A DNA stretch of 64,000 nucleotides from Anaerolineales bacterium. GTDB lineage: Bacteria > Chloroflexota > Anaerolineae > Anaerolineales > Villigracilaceae. Of this stretch, positions 52,485-61,964 are shown one piece after another; within the stretch, counting starts at the first letter, position 1; each line of letters opens with the position of its first letter. A program made the translations under genes and the position numbers. The notes beneath the pieces were generated by a model. The model did no database searches, had not been told where the DNA came from, and saw only the letters and a program-made list of their open reading frames with translations. The stretch spans positions 844 through 64,843 of the forward strand of contig JACKAW010000011.1 in NCBI GenBank assembly GCA_020634885.1, written 5' to 3'.

Positions 52485-53381
52485 GAAATTATCTCAAAAG
52501 GCATTTTGAGCTAGTCTGCGAAACCAGAGCATAGTACAAGCAAGTTGAAGAAGTGCCAGATAATTTTTGGATTTCTTTTCGTAACGGATCAATAAACCGC
52601 GACATTTGGATAACCATGCTAACGTCCTTTCCACAACCCATCTTCGGGCAGGATACTTTTTTTACCCCTGCCCAACTTTTCTTCTCCAATACGGCGCACA
52701 TGCCCAGTATAGTTATGTTTCTCTATCGCCGTTGCGCTGGTCGGGTTGTCATAGCCTTTATCCAAACACAGGTGTTGCGGCTTGGCCTTGGTCACGTTGG
52801 GTCTATCTATAATGATGCCTTCCAGCGTTTTATCCAACAATTTCGCATCATGGACATTGGCTCCTGCAACCACGATCGACAGGGGACCACCCATGCGGTC
52901 TGTCAAAATGCTCTTTTTCGTGCCGTTTTTGCCTCGATCCGTTGGGTTAGCGCCAATTTCATCCCCTCCCAGACGAGCCTTGCCCATCGTTCCATCGGCG
53001 GCTTGCCATTCCCAATCCACCAATCCCAATTCGGCACATTCTTCCACCAACAACGCCCAAATCTTGGGAAACAGTTCAATATCAACCCAATGTTGGAACG
53101 TTCGATGGATTGTGGAATCATCGCCATACACTCGCGGAATATGATTCCACTGACAGCCAGTGCGGATCCGAAAAATCAGGGCATCCAATACATTTCTCGG
53201 GTTGATTCGGGGTCTGCCCGTTTCCTTGGGCGGGTCAATTTCCAGAATAAGAGGTTCTATGCGCTCCCATAGTTCATCCGGAACTTCCCAGATTGTTGGC
53301 ATTGGCTTCTTTTTCTTCATTTGTCGTTTTCCTTTGTTGGCACCAAAATTATATGCCTTCAAAGTGTTTTGAGATAGTTAC
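52485..53381 (-). mobile_element. IS5-family insertion sequence (~0.9 kb)
   Basis: Imperfect terminal inverted repeats are GAAATTATCTCAAAA (52485-52499) and TTTTGAGATAGTTAC (53367-53381). A possible 3-bp TAA duplication flanks the element (52482-52484 and 53382-53384). A single DDE transposase gene fills the element. Confidence 0.7.
52494..53362 (-). pseudogene. IS5-family DDE transposase (DUF4096 N-terminus) with a frame break at an A7 run
   Basis: ORF 52619-53362 ends ...GRGKKSILPEDGLWKGR*. In the -1 frame after the A7 run (52657-52663, T7 on the plus strand) the conserved C-terminus continues (KYPARRWVVERTLAWLSKCRGLLIRYEKKSKNYLALLQLACTMLWFRRL) to a stop at 52494. Confidence 0.75.
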
Positions 53382-53441
53382 TAAGTGTTTTTGTCGCCTT
53401 GAGCAGGGTCAAAAACTGACTTTTGCAAGGAGGCTATTATT

Positions 53442-56345
53442 TTACTTTTCAGATCTTCGCAGGAAGAACTTGGTGATTTCTTCTGCAATGGCTGGCATCA
53501 GAGCCAACCCAACTACAAGGCTCCACTCCCGTCCGCTCAAGAAGTGAGTATTGAAGATCGGCTGCAAGAATGGCACTGCACACACGAGCAGAAGCATGGT
53601 GATGGATATCCCAACAGCATACTGCATATATTTATTCGAGAATACCCCAATGGTAAACAGAGATGCCCGTTCCGAACGAACCGTGTACGCGCGGAACAAT
53701 TCAGCCAGTGAGAGGGTTACGAACGCCATGGTTTCAGCAGTCTGCACATCCACGCCGCGCCAATCATGATTAAGAACAAAAGAAAGCACATTTGCACCGG
53801 TTGGTAAAACCTCATCGGCGCCAAGATGCCATGCCAGCCCCATCACAAATGCACCCAACACAGCGCCCGTTTGCATCACGGTTTGCACAGCAATGCCAAT
53901 ACCCATGGAGCGGTTGATGATCGGTTCCGATTTTGCGCGAGGCTTTCTATCCATAATATCGGGGTCACCCTTTTCCATGGCAAGCGCCAGAGCAGGAGCG
54001 CCGTCTGTAACAAGGTTGAGCCACAAAAGTTGAATGGCAGTGAGCGGTGCGGGCAGCCCTGCAAGGGTTGCAAGGAAAATAACCATGATCTCAGCAACGT
54101 TGGAAGAAAGCAGGAAGAACACGAACTTGCGAATGTTCGAGTAGATGATGCGTCCTTGCTCTACAGCAGAAACAATACTGGCATAGTTATCATCAGTTAG
54201 CACCATATCGGCAGTGCCTTTGGCAACATCGGTGCCGGTGATGCCCATTGCTACGCCAATATCTGCCCGTTTGATGGCAGGCGCATCATTTACGCCGTCA
54301 CCGGTCATGGCAACGACCTCATCGTTGGCTTGCAATGCATCTACGATGCGCATTTTATGCTCAGGAGAAACACGGGCAAAGACATCGGTATCTTCGATCA
54401 CTTTGGCAAGTTCTGTGTCGTCAATATCGTCAAGCATGGCTCCGGTCATCACGCCTTTGCCGGGGCGCAGCAACCCAATCGATTCTGCGATGGCGCGAGC
54501 CGTATTGGGGAAATCGCCGGTAATCATCACCGTGCGAATGCCCGCCTCGCGTGCTTTTTCCAGGGCGGGCTTTACTTCTGTCCGAGGCGGGTCGATCATC
54601 CCCATCAAACCAACAAAGACAAGGTCTTTTTCCAATTCTTCCGTCTTCACTTGTTCAATATTGTCAGGTACATCTTTATCCACCCGATAGGCAAACCCCA
54701 ATACGCGCAATGCCGATTCGGTCATTTCATCATTGGCTGCCAAAATACGTTTTCGCATTTCATCGGTCAGCGGTTTCGGCTCATCCTGCATGTTTTGGTA
54801 CATTGAGCACAGGTCTAACACAATATCCGGCGCACCCTTAACAACAATGACATCCCAATCTTTTTTATTTTCATCATAGAACGGCGAAATATCGCTGGAA
54901 GCCGGTTTGGTCACATCATGAATGGTGATCATGCGTTTACGTTCAGAGTCAAATGGAACTTCGTTCTCGCGCGGGTAGGCAAGAGATACATCCACCTGAA
55001 TGGCTCCTGCTTTGGATGCCGCAACAAGCAGCGCGCCTTCTGTCGGGTCGCCAACAATGCGATAGGTTTGCTGTGAACCCGCTTCCCCCGTAATTTCGAT
55101 CTCTGAGTCATTGTTCAAAACGCCAAGCCAAAGCGTGGAAAGAATGGCGGGATATTCACGCACATCCACCGGCGTACCGTCCACCTCGAAGTTCCCATCA
55201 GGTGAGTATCCGGCTCCTGAAACGCTGACAAATTGTCCGTCAGCCCAGAGCCGCGTAACCGTCATCTCGTTTTGCGTGAGTGTGCCGGTCTTATCCGAAC
55301 AGATGACCGTGGCAGACCCCAGCGTCTCCACTGAGGAGAGTTTGCGAATGAGTGCATGGCGTTGGATCATCTCGCGCATTCCCAATGCGAGTGAAATGGT
55401 CACTACAGCGGGCAAGCCTTCTGGCACGGCAGCAATCGCAAGGCTGATGGCAATGATGAAAACTTCGGTGATCTCACCAGCAAAGGTCTTAAAATAATTA
55501 ATAGGATCAGAAAATAGTGTGGCTGTTTCGGTATAGTTGAATAACGCAACGGCAAAGACAATAAAGACCAACGCCAATGAACCAATGCTCAAGGTTCTGC
55601 CCAATTGGTCGAGCCTGCGCTGAAGCGGCGTTTCTTCGGCTTCAACATTTTGCAGCATGGTGGCGATCAAGCCCAGTTGGGTGTTCATACCTGTGCTAAT
55701 GACCACACCGCGCCCGCGCCCATACGAAACGACCGTTCCCATAAAAGCGGTATTCTTACGGTCGCCAAGCGGAACATTCTTATCAAGCACAGTTGCCGCA
55801 TTCTTTTGCACCGGCAAAGACTCGCCCGTGAGCGAGGCTTCTTCCACCCGCAAATTAACCGATTCTAAAAGACGCAGATCAGCCGGAATAAAATTACCCG
55901 CCTCTAAAAAGACAATATCACCCGGCACCAGGTTATATGCCGGTACCGATTTATGTGAACCATCGCGCATGACATGAGCCTCGGGGGCTGCAAGTTTTTT
56001 CAATGCCGCAAGCGCCTGTTCTGCACGTTGTTCTTGAATAATTCCAAGAACTGCGTTTAATACGACAATTGCCATAATGGCAATCGCTTCCACATAATCA
56101 CCCAGCGCCGCAGATATTACGGAAGCTACGATCAGAAGGATCACAACAAAATTATTTAATTGAGCCCACAAAATGGTAAGAAAGCCCGGGCGGGGCGCTT
56201 CACGAAGTTCATTTTGCCCATAGTGTTTAAGCCTTTTTTCGGCTTCTTCTGTACTTAGCCCCTCTTCAAATACTTCAAGGTGTTTCAGTGTTTCATCTGC
56301 GGTCAGCGCGTGAAACTCATGCTGTTGTTTTCCTTCATGTGTCAT
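53442..56345 (-). CDS. P-type cation-transporting ATPase, P2 (SERCA/PMCA-like) type; likely Mn2+/Ca2+ exporter given its leader
   Basis: TGES, ICSDKTGTLT, MITGD and TGDGVNDAPAIKRADIGVAMG motifs, with 10 TM helices. ATG at 56345 with an AGGAG RBS 6 nt upstream. Confidence 0.9.
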   Translation of the reverse strand: MTHEGKQQHEFHALTADETLKHLEVFEEGLSTEEAEKRLKHYGQNELREAPRPGFLTILWAQLNNFVVILLIVASVISAALGDYVEAIAIMAIVVLNAVLGIIQEQRAEQALAALKKLAAPEAHVMRDGSHKSVPAYNLVPGDIVFLEAGNFIPADLRLLESVNLRVEEASLTGESLPVQKNAATVLDKNVPLGDRKNTAFMGTVVSYGRGRGVVISTGMNTQLGLIATMLQNVEAEETPLQRRLDQLGRTLSIGSLALVFIVFAVALFNYTETATLFSDPINYFKTFAGEITEVFIIAISLAIAAVPEGLPAVVTISLALGMREMIQRHALIRKLSSVETLGSATVICSDKTGTLTQNEMTVTRLWADGQFVSVSGAGYSPDGNFEVDGTPVDVREYPAILSTLWLGVLNNDSEIEITGEAGSQQTYRIVGDPTEGALLVAASKAGAIQVDVSLAYPRENEVPFDSERKRMITIHDVTKPASSDISPFYDENKKDWDVIVVKGAPDIVLDLCSMYQNMQDEPKPLTDEMRKRILAANDEMTESALRVLGFAYRVDKDVPDNIEQVKTEELEKDLVFVGLMGMIDPPRTEVKPALEKAREAGIRTVMITGDFPNTARAIAESIGLLRPGKGVMTGAMLDDIDDTELAKVIEDTDVFARVSPEHKMRIVDALQANDEVVAMTGDGVNDAPAIKRADIGVAMGITGTDVAKGTADMVLTDDNYASIVSAVEQGRIIYSNIRKFVFFLLSSNVAEIMVIFLATLAGLPAPLTAIQLLWLNLVTDGAPALALAMEKGDPDIMDRKPRAKSEPIINRSMGIGIAVQTVMQTGAVLGAFVMGLAWHLGADEVLPTGANVLSFVLNHDWRGVDVQTAETMAFVTLSLAELFRAYTVRSERASLFTIGVFSNKYMQYAVGISITMLLLVCAVPFLQPIFNTHFLSGREWSLVVGLALMPAIAEEITKFFLRRSEK

Positions 56346-56385
56346 GTGCATCTCCTGATTTAATGGTTGGGAGGGCAAGCTGCTT

Positions 56386-56527
56386 ACAAAGAAAAAGCGA
56401 GACCATCACGCCTCCGTGATTGGTCTCGCCAAACGTTCATAACGTCCGCGCTGCCGATGGTTTTTACATACCAATGGTTTGACGACAACACGCCCTGCGG
56501 GGAGGCAGGTGGCTACTCCCCAAACAC
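56386..56527 (-). promoter_or_regulatory. yybP-ykoY (Mn2+) riboswitch with a terminator expression platform
   Basis: The minus strand reads GUGUUUGGGGAGUAGCC-hairpin-GUUGUCGUCAA-hairpin-GGACGUUAUGAACGUUUGGCGAGACCAAUCAC. P1 (GUGUUUGG/CCAAUCAC) shares its 3' strand with the terminator stem GCGAGACCAAUCAC...GUGAUGGUCUCGC, which is followed by UUUUUCUUU. Confidence 0.85.
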
Positions 56528-56531
56528 GTTG

Positions 56532-56560
56532 AGTGTATCCATTGCCATTTGTATTGTCAA
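56532..56560 (-). promoter_or_regulatory. Sigma-70 promoter driving the riboswitch and ATPase
   Basis: On the minus strand, TTGACA-17 nt-TACACT lies with the -10 about 5 nt upstream of the first nucleotide of P1. Confidence 0.7.
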
Positions 56561-56605
56561 GCAAGGTCACAGACAAATGCGTAAGGAAAGAGTAAAATCC
56601 ACGCC

Positions 56606-57226
56606 ATGACCAAAATAAAATCGCCCCTCGTGCTTTTTTTCATCACCGTCCTATTAATTGCCATACTCGCCCTTTTCGGTCCCGAAGAACAATCGTTGGG
56701 ATCAAATGTCCGACTGGTTTATTTACATGGAGCCTGGGTCCTCACAGCCGAAATCGCCTTCATTGCAGCCGCTCTCACCGGACTTTTAGGTCTGCTCCTG
56801 CAACGTGACCTTTTCCACACCTGGAGCGCCGCGCTCGGTCGCACTGGCATCATGTTTTGGCTAACCTACCTGCCCCTTTCTTTATTCGCAATGCAAGCCA
56901 ATTGGAACGGGCTCTTCCTTGCAGAACCGCGCTTTCGTCTCGCCATGATCTTCGCCATCACCGGCATTCTCTTACAACTTGGCTTGTGGGTATTCAACCT
57001 GCCCTGGCTCACCTCCCTCGGAAATATTTTCTACATCATCACCCTGCGGGTTATCTTTGCCACTGCCGAAAATATCATGCACCCACCGCCATCTCCAATT
57101 TTCAAATCAGGAAATTACACCATCATCGGATTTTTCATTGGATTAAATCTCCTCGCATGGCTGGCAGCTTTCTTCCTCACCCGCTTCATGCTTACCTTCA
57201 AGCATGATACACAACCCAAACCTTGA
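56606..57226 (+). CDS. Hypothetical 6-TM membrane protein
   Basis: Hydrophobic profile. The stop overlaps the next gene's start. No family motif recognised. Confidence 0.55.
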   Translation: MTKIKSPLVLFFITVLLIAILALFGPEEQSLGSNVRLVYLHGAWVLTAEIAFIAAALTGLLGLLLQRDLFHTWSAALGRTGIMFWLTYLPLSLFAMQANWNGLFLAEPRFRLAMIFAITGILLQLGLWVFNLPWLTSLGNIFYIITLRVIFATAENIMHPPPSPIFKSGNYTIIGFFIGLNLLAWLAAFFLTRFMLTFKHDTQPKP

Positions 57227-58365
57227 GACTACGCTTTCAACTTACCGGCTTCGTGCTCATCCGCACCATCCTGAATTCCGCTCACAGAATGGTGTATCCG
57301 TTTCTGCCTATCTTTGCCCGCAGCCTCGGCGTGGATCTCTCCACCATGTCCCTGCTCATGACAGCCCGCTCCCTGCTTGGAGCCACCAGCCCGCTGCTGG
57401 GTCCCATTGCAGACCGTTACGGCAGGCGGTTTGGAATGTTAATGGGGTTGGGGATTTTCACAATCGGAATTAGCATAGTAGCCATACACCCAACATTCTG
57501 GACATTGGTCATAGCACTTGGTCTTGCAATCATCGGCAAATATATTTTTGACCCATCCATGCAAGCCTATTTCGGCGACCGCATTCCATACCACCAACGC
57601 GGCACCGCGCTTGCCATCACAGAAATGTCATGGTCGATGGCATTTATTATCGGGGTTCCAGTTGCAGGATATTTGATCGATACATTCGGCTGGTCCGCTC
57701 CATTCCCATTTTTCACGATCCTGGGATTAATCGCCTTCTTTGTAATTTGGCATGTTATCCCCAAAGACGACACACACCACACACCCGTTACCACTTCCCA
57801 CTCCGGGTATTTATCCATATTCAAGTCACCAGCCAGTGTAGCGGGCATATCCATTGCGCTGTGGGTCAGCGCGGCAAACGAGCTGGTCAATGTAATCTTT
57901 GGTGTCTGGTTGGAAGATTCTTTCGGTTTAAAAATAGCCGCACTGGCAGGAGCCTCCGCCATCATTGGAATATCTGAACTCAGCGGAGAAGGACTGGTTG
58001 CCCTGACCACAGACCGCCTGGGCAAGCCGCGCGCCCTTGCCATAGGGTTGGTCGCCAATTCAATTGCAGCGATCCTTCTACCCTTCATTGGGCGGTCACA
58101 AGTCGGCGCACTAATCGGATTATTCCTTTTTTACATCTCTTTTGAATATATCATCGTCAGCCACATCCCCCTGGTTTCAGAACTTGCCCCAAGTGCCCGC
58201 GCAACCCTGCTCTCGCTCAACGTCACCGGGCATGCCCTGGGAAGGGCGCTTGGAGCTTTCTTAGCTGCAATTATTTATCAAAATACCGGTTTTCTCTTTG
58301 TAGCGCTCATGGCAGCATTTTTTAATATGATTGGAATTTTCGCTCTACAAAGGATACAAAAATAA
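57223..58365 (+). CDS. MFS transporter
   Basis: Twelve TM helices and the loop motif GPIADRYGRR. The TTG start overlaps the previous stop. An alternative ATG lies at 57289. Confidence 0.8.
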   Translation: MRLRFQLTGFVLIRTILNSAHRMVYPFLPIFARSLGVDLSTMSLLMTARSLLGATSPLLGPIADRYGRRFGMLMGLGIFTIGISIVAIHPTFWTLVIALGLAIIGKYIFDPSMQAYFGDRIPYHQRGTALAITEMSWSMAFIIGVPVAGYLIDTFGWSAPFPFFTILGLIAFFVIWHVIPKDDTHHTPVTTSHSGYLSIFKSPASVAGISIALWVSAANELVNVIFGVWLEDSFGLKIAALAGASAIIGISELSGEGLVALTTDRLGKPRALAIGLVANSIAAILLPFIGRSQVGALIGLFLFYISFEYIIVSHIPLVSELAPSARATLLSLNVTGHALGRALGAFLAAIIYQNTGFLFVALMAAFFNMIGIFALQRIQK

Positions 58366-58397
58366 AAAAAGCCCCGCCAGAAGGCGGGACCTTTTTT
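58364..58397. terminator. Bidirectional terminator between the MFS gene and the flp gene
   Basis: aaaaaaagccccgcc-agaa-ggcgggacctttttt. Confidence 0.75.
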
Positions 58398-58414
58398 ATT
58401 ACAAAAAAGTAGAA

Positions 58415-58570
58415 TTACAGACCACCAAGGCTGGTGTTGATGGAGTTGAAGACGTTACCGATTACGGGTCCGAGGATCATGAGCGCAGCGATAACAACGA
58501 TAGCAACCAAAACAAGAATCAACGCATATTCAACCAAACCCTGGCCTTTTTCTTTGGGTGAGAACAACAT
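58415..58570 (-). CDS. flp: Flp family type IVb pilin (51 aa; below the ORF-track cutoff)
   Basis: MLFSPKEKGQGLVEYALILVLVAIVVIAALMILGPVIGNVFNSINTSLGGL carries the Flp motif G/xxxxEY followed by a hydrophobic helix. GGAGA RBS 8 nt upstream. Confidence 0.8.
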   Translation of the reverse strand: MLFSPKEKGQGLVEYALILVLVAIVVIAALMILGPVIGNVFNSINTSLGGL

Positions 58571-58994
58571 GGCAAATTTCTCCTTTCTTTTAGATTTCCC
58601 AAAACAATGTATTGGGATGTTTTTATTTTACATCATATAAAAAATTACGCAAGAAAAAAAAAGCCCATTCCTTAACAGTTATGTTAGCCCTAACAAACAA
58701 ATTTTGAAGGCAAAACTGTCACACAGAAATGCGTTCAAAGCGTTTAAACTGACGAAAATCCCCCATAAAACCCGATAACAACCCTCTATAAATTGTCGTA
58801 CAAATTTAGGGAATGCCCGTCAGTAAAGAAGTACAATAAGAAGATAGGGCAATAAAAAGCCGTGAACTTTTCAAATATCCGGTGGTCTGGGGAACTTCAT
58901 AATTGGCAGTCTGCCATGTGTGTGTCACAGCCACGAAGAAACGCTGCGTTATGTTGATCTCCACGACCTAATCACCTATTCTTTTGGAAACCTT

Positions 58995-60269
58995 ATGCTC
59001 ATACATTCAGCCTCTCAACTCCTTACCCTTGCCGGTGGACCCCAGCGCGGAAAAGCCCTCGGAACGCTTGGCGTTATCCCCAATGGCGCAGTCGTCATTC
59101 GTGATGAAAAAATTCTTGCAGTTGGCAACACCGAGGAATTGCGTAACGCTTACCCCGATGAGCCCACGCTTGATGCAGGCAAGTGTGTAGTTATGCCTGG
59201 GTTTGTAGACCCGCACACACACCTTATTTGGGCAGGTGACCGTGCAGACGAATTCGAAAAGAAAATGGCGGGAACACCCTATCTAGACATTCTGGCGGCA
59301 GGAGGGGGGATTCTCTCCACGGTAAAAGCCACACGCACAGCCAGTATTGAGACCCTTATCGCTGAAACACGTCCGCGAATGCTGCGCATGTTCCGCAATG
59401 GGACGACAACAGCCGAGGCAAAAACTGGTTATGGTTTGCAAACCGCCACAGAGTTACGCCTTCTCAAAGCCCTGCTCACCCTTAATGACGAAAGCCCAAT
59501 GGACCTTGTCTTGACCTTCCTTGGCGCACATGCCATTGCCCCCGAGTATAAAGATAATCCGCAGGGGTATGCCGATGAAGTGACTCATACCATGCTGCCC
59601 ATGCTTCGGGAGTGGTGGCAAACCCACGCTCCACACCATTCCCTGCCCTTTGTGGATGTCTTTTGCGAGACAAAAGCATTCACGCTTGAACAATCGCGCC
59701 AGATCCTAACCCGTGCCGGAGAACTGGGCTTCCCGCTCAAGATCCATGCCGATGAATTCGACAACCTTGGCGGAGCTTCGCTTGCAGCGGAGTTAAAGGC
59801 AGCGTCGGCAGACCACCTTGTGGTTACGTCTGATGCGGATATTGAGGCGCTGGGAAAATCCGATACTGTAGCGGTCGCCCTGCCATGCACACCCTTCGGT
59901 TTGGCAGAACCACACTACACCCCCGCAAAGAAATTACTGGAAGCAAACGCCTTGCTTGCTGTTGCCACTGATTGCAACCCCGGCACCACCTGGAACGAGT
60001 CGATGCAGTTTGCCATTGCATTGGCGTGTCGTTATATGAAGCTGACCCCTGCACAGGCAATTGCCGCTGCCACCATCAACTCGGCGCACGCTATTCGCAA
60101 AGCAGATGAAATCGGTTCGATAGAAGTTGGCAAGCAGGCGGATCTTCTCATTCTTTCCGTTAACGATTACCGACAAGTTGGGTATCGCTACGGGACGAAT
60201 CTTGTCAAACAGGTTATCAAACGCGGGCAAGTTTATTCTGTAGACATGGGTTATTACCGAACGGCATAG
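58995..60269 (+). CDS. hutI: Imidazolonepropionase
   Basis: PGFVDPHTHLIWAGDR, KIHADE and ATDCNPG amidohydrolase/HutI blocks. I prefer the internal ATG at 58995 over the GTG at 58920. Confidence 0.85.
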   Translation: MLIHSASQLLTLAGGPQRGKALGTLGVIPNGAVVIRDEKILAVGNTEELRNAYPDEPTLDAGKCVVMPGFVDPHTHLIWAGDRADEFEKKMAGTPYLDILAAGGGILSTVKATRTASIETLIAETRPRMLRMFRNGTTTAEAKTGYGLQTATELRLLKALLTLNDESPMDLVLTFLGAHAIAPEYKDNPQGYADEVTHTMLPMLREWWQTHAPHHSLPFVDVFCETKAFTLEQSRQILTRAGELGFPLKIHADEFDNLGGASLAAELKAASADHLVVTSDADIEALGKSDTVAVALPCTPFGLAEPHYTPAKKLLEANALLAVATDCNPGTTWNESMQFAIALACRYMKLTPAQAIAAATINSAHAIRKADEIGSIEVGKQADLLILSVNDYRQVGYRYGTNLVKQVIKRGQVYSVDMGYYRTA

Positions 60270-60272
60270 AAG

Positions 60273-61928
60273 ATGATACCGACACCCTGGCTTATTTTTG
60301 CAATCATTCTATTTATCAGCACAGCAGTTGCCATTACCCTTGCAAGTATTTTAATTTACAGAATTCAAAAACCGGGTATTCGCTCAATATTTGCAACATT
60401 AGCTTCTCTGGCGGTCTGGTCATTTGGCTATGCCATGACCGTTATCATGCCGTCTGAGGCTGATAAACTTTTCTGGCTGCGGGTGGAGAACGTAGGCATT
60501 CAACTCGCGCCTGTGTTCTGGTTTGTCTTTTCGTTCAAATATGCACACAACGACCAATGGCTTACTGGCAAGCCGATCATGCTGGCTTTTTACTTCATAC
60601 CAATCGCATCACTTGCTTGTGTTTTTTCGGATACTTTTTTTCACTTGTATTACACCTCGACAAAAGTGGCAACACCGACGGGGGGACCGTTCATCATTAG
60701 CCGTGGACCCATGTATTGGGTAACTCTTGTATATAGTTATTCACTGTACACTTTTGGGTTGATCGTACTGATCAGGCGTTTTTTACGCTTGCGAAGGTTT
60801 TATCGCAGGCAAATGCCGTATCTAATCGCCGCAGTCCTCATCCCCTTTTCATTAAATATCTTGTACCAGGTTGCGCCCGAGGTTTTACCTTTGCTGCCTG
60901 CGCCTGTAGATCTTACCCCGCTTGCCTTCACAATTACCGCCGTGCTGCTCGTCGTTGGAATCTTCGGTTTTCACTCAATAGATGTTGTTCCCATTGCCCG
61001 TGATACGGTTATGGAACATATTCCTGAAATGGTATTCGTGCTGGACGAGAAAGATCGGATCATTGATGCGAATGCAGTGGCGCAAAAATGGCTTGGCAAG
61101 CCTTTGCAGGAAATTTCCGGCAGGGAGCCGATTGAAGTTTTTGAAAAATGGCCCCAATTACTGCAACGCTTCTTCTTTTTGGAAGAGGCGCGTGATGAAA
61201 TTGAAATTCCCGGCGACCCGCCGCGCATTTTGGAAACCATCATTACGCCCATCCATAATCGTCAACAGAAGATCGAAGGACGTGTGATCCTTGCCTATGA
61301 CATTACCGACCGAAAGAACCTGGAAAAAGAACTAAAAAGAACGAATGAAACCTTACAGGAACAGTTGGATGAAAATGAGCGCTTGCGCCTGCAATTACAA
61401 GAACAAGCCATCCGCGACCCGCTTACGGGGGTGTTCAACCGCCGCTATTTTGCAGAAGCATTGGATAATGAAACTGCCCGCTCCATTCGCGAAAAGGTTC
61501 CTTTTTCTCTCATCATTTTGGATGTGGATCATTTCAAGAAAACCAACGATACCTACGGGCACAAATGCGGCGATGTTGTTCTTCGATCACTTGCGGAATT
61601 CTTATTGCAGCATACCCGCCGTAGTGATATTGTCTGCCGGTTTGGCGGCGAAGAATTCGTTATTTTGATGCCAGATGCCTCGGTTGAATCTGCGAAAGAA
61701 CGCGCGGAATTTTTCAGGCGTGAGTTTATGCAGCATGTTCACCAGTGCGGTGAACTTGAGATCAAATCCACTTTTTCGGCGGGGGTGGCTTCTTTCCCGA
61801 TACACTCAGATTCAGGGGAAATTCTGCTTGGGTTGGCAGACCAAGCCCTTTATGAGTCAAAAGAGGCGGGGCGTAACCGTGTCACCGTTTATTCGCCAAC
61901 CACGGCAATATCCAACGCCAAAAGCTAA
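60273..61928 (+). CDS. Membrane sensor diguanylate cyclase (7TM N-terminal domain, PAS, GGDEF)
   Basis: Seven N-terminal TM helices, a PAS-like segment, a coiled coil, then DPLTGVFNRR, DVDHFKKTND and the RFGGEEF active site. Confidence 0.9.
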   Translation: MIPTPWLIFAIILFISTAVAITLASILIYRIQKPGIRSIFATLASLAVWSFGYAMTVIMPSEADKLFWLRVENVGIQLAPVFWFVFSFKYAHNDQWLTGKPIMLAFYFIPIASLACVFSDTFFHLYYTSTKVATPTGGPFIISRGPMYWVTLVYSYSLYTFGLIVLIRRFLRLRRFYRRQMPYLIAAVLIPFSLNILYQVAPEVLPLLPAPVDLTPLAFTITAVLLVVGIFGFHSIDVVPIARDTVMEHIPEMVFVLDEKDRIIDANAVAQKWLGKPLQEISGREPIEVFEKWPQLLQRFFFLEEARDEIEIPGDPPRILETIITPIHNRQQKIEGRVILAYDITDRKNLEKELKRTNETLQEQLDENERLRLQLQEQAIRDPLTGVFNRRYFAEALDNETARSIREKVPFSLIILDVDHFKKTNDTYGHKCGDVVLRSLAEFLLQHTRRSDIVCRFGGEEFVILMPDASVESAKERAEFFRREFMQHVHQCGELEIKSTFSAGVASFPIHSDSGEILLGLADQALYESKEAGRNRVTVYSPTTAISNAKS

Positions 61929-61964
61929 TCCATCCATTTTAGAAAAAATCAGGAGATTACCAAC

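Noticed and set aside
52553-53272. 239-aa plus-strand ORF inside the IS element.
   Set aside because: It is antisense to a DDE transposase frame with clear family motifs (DUF4096-like N-terminus, DDE core, RRWVVERT C-terminus) and has no motif of its own.
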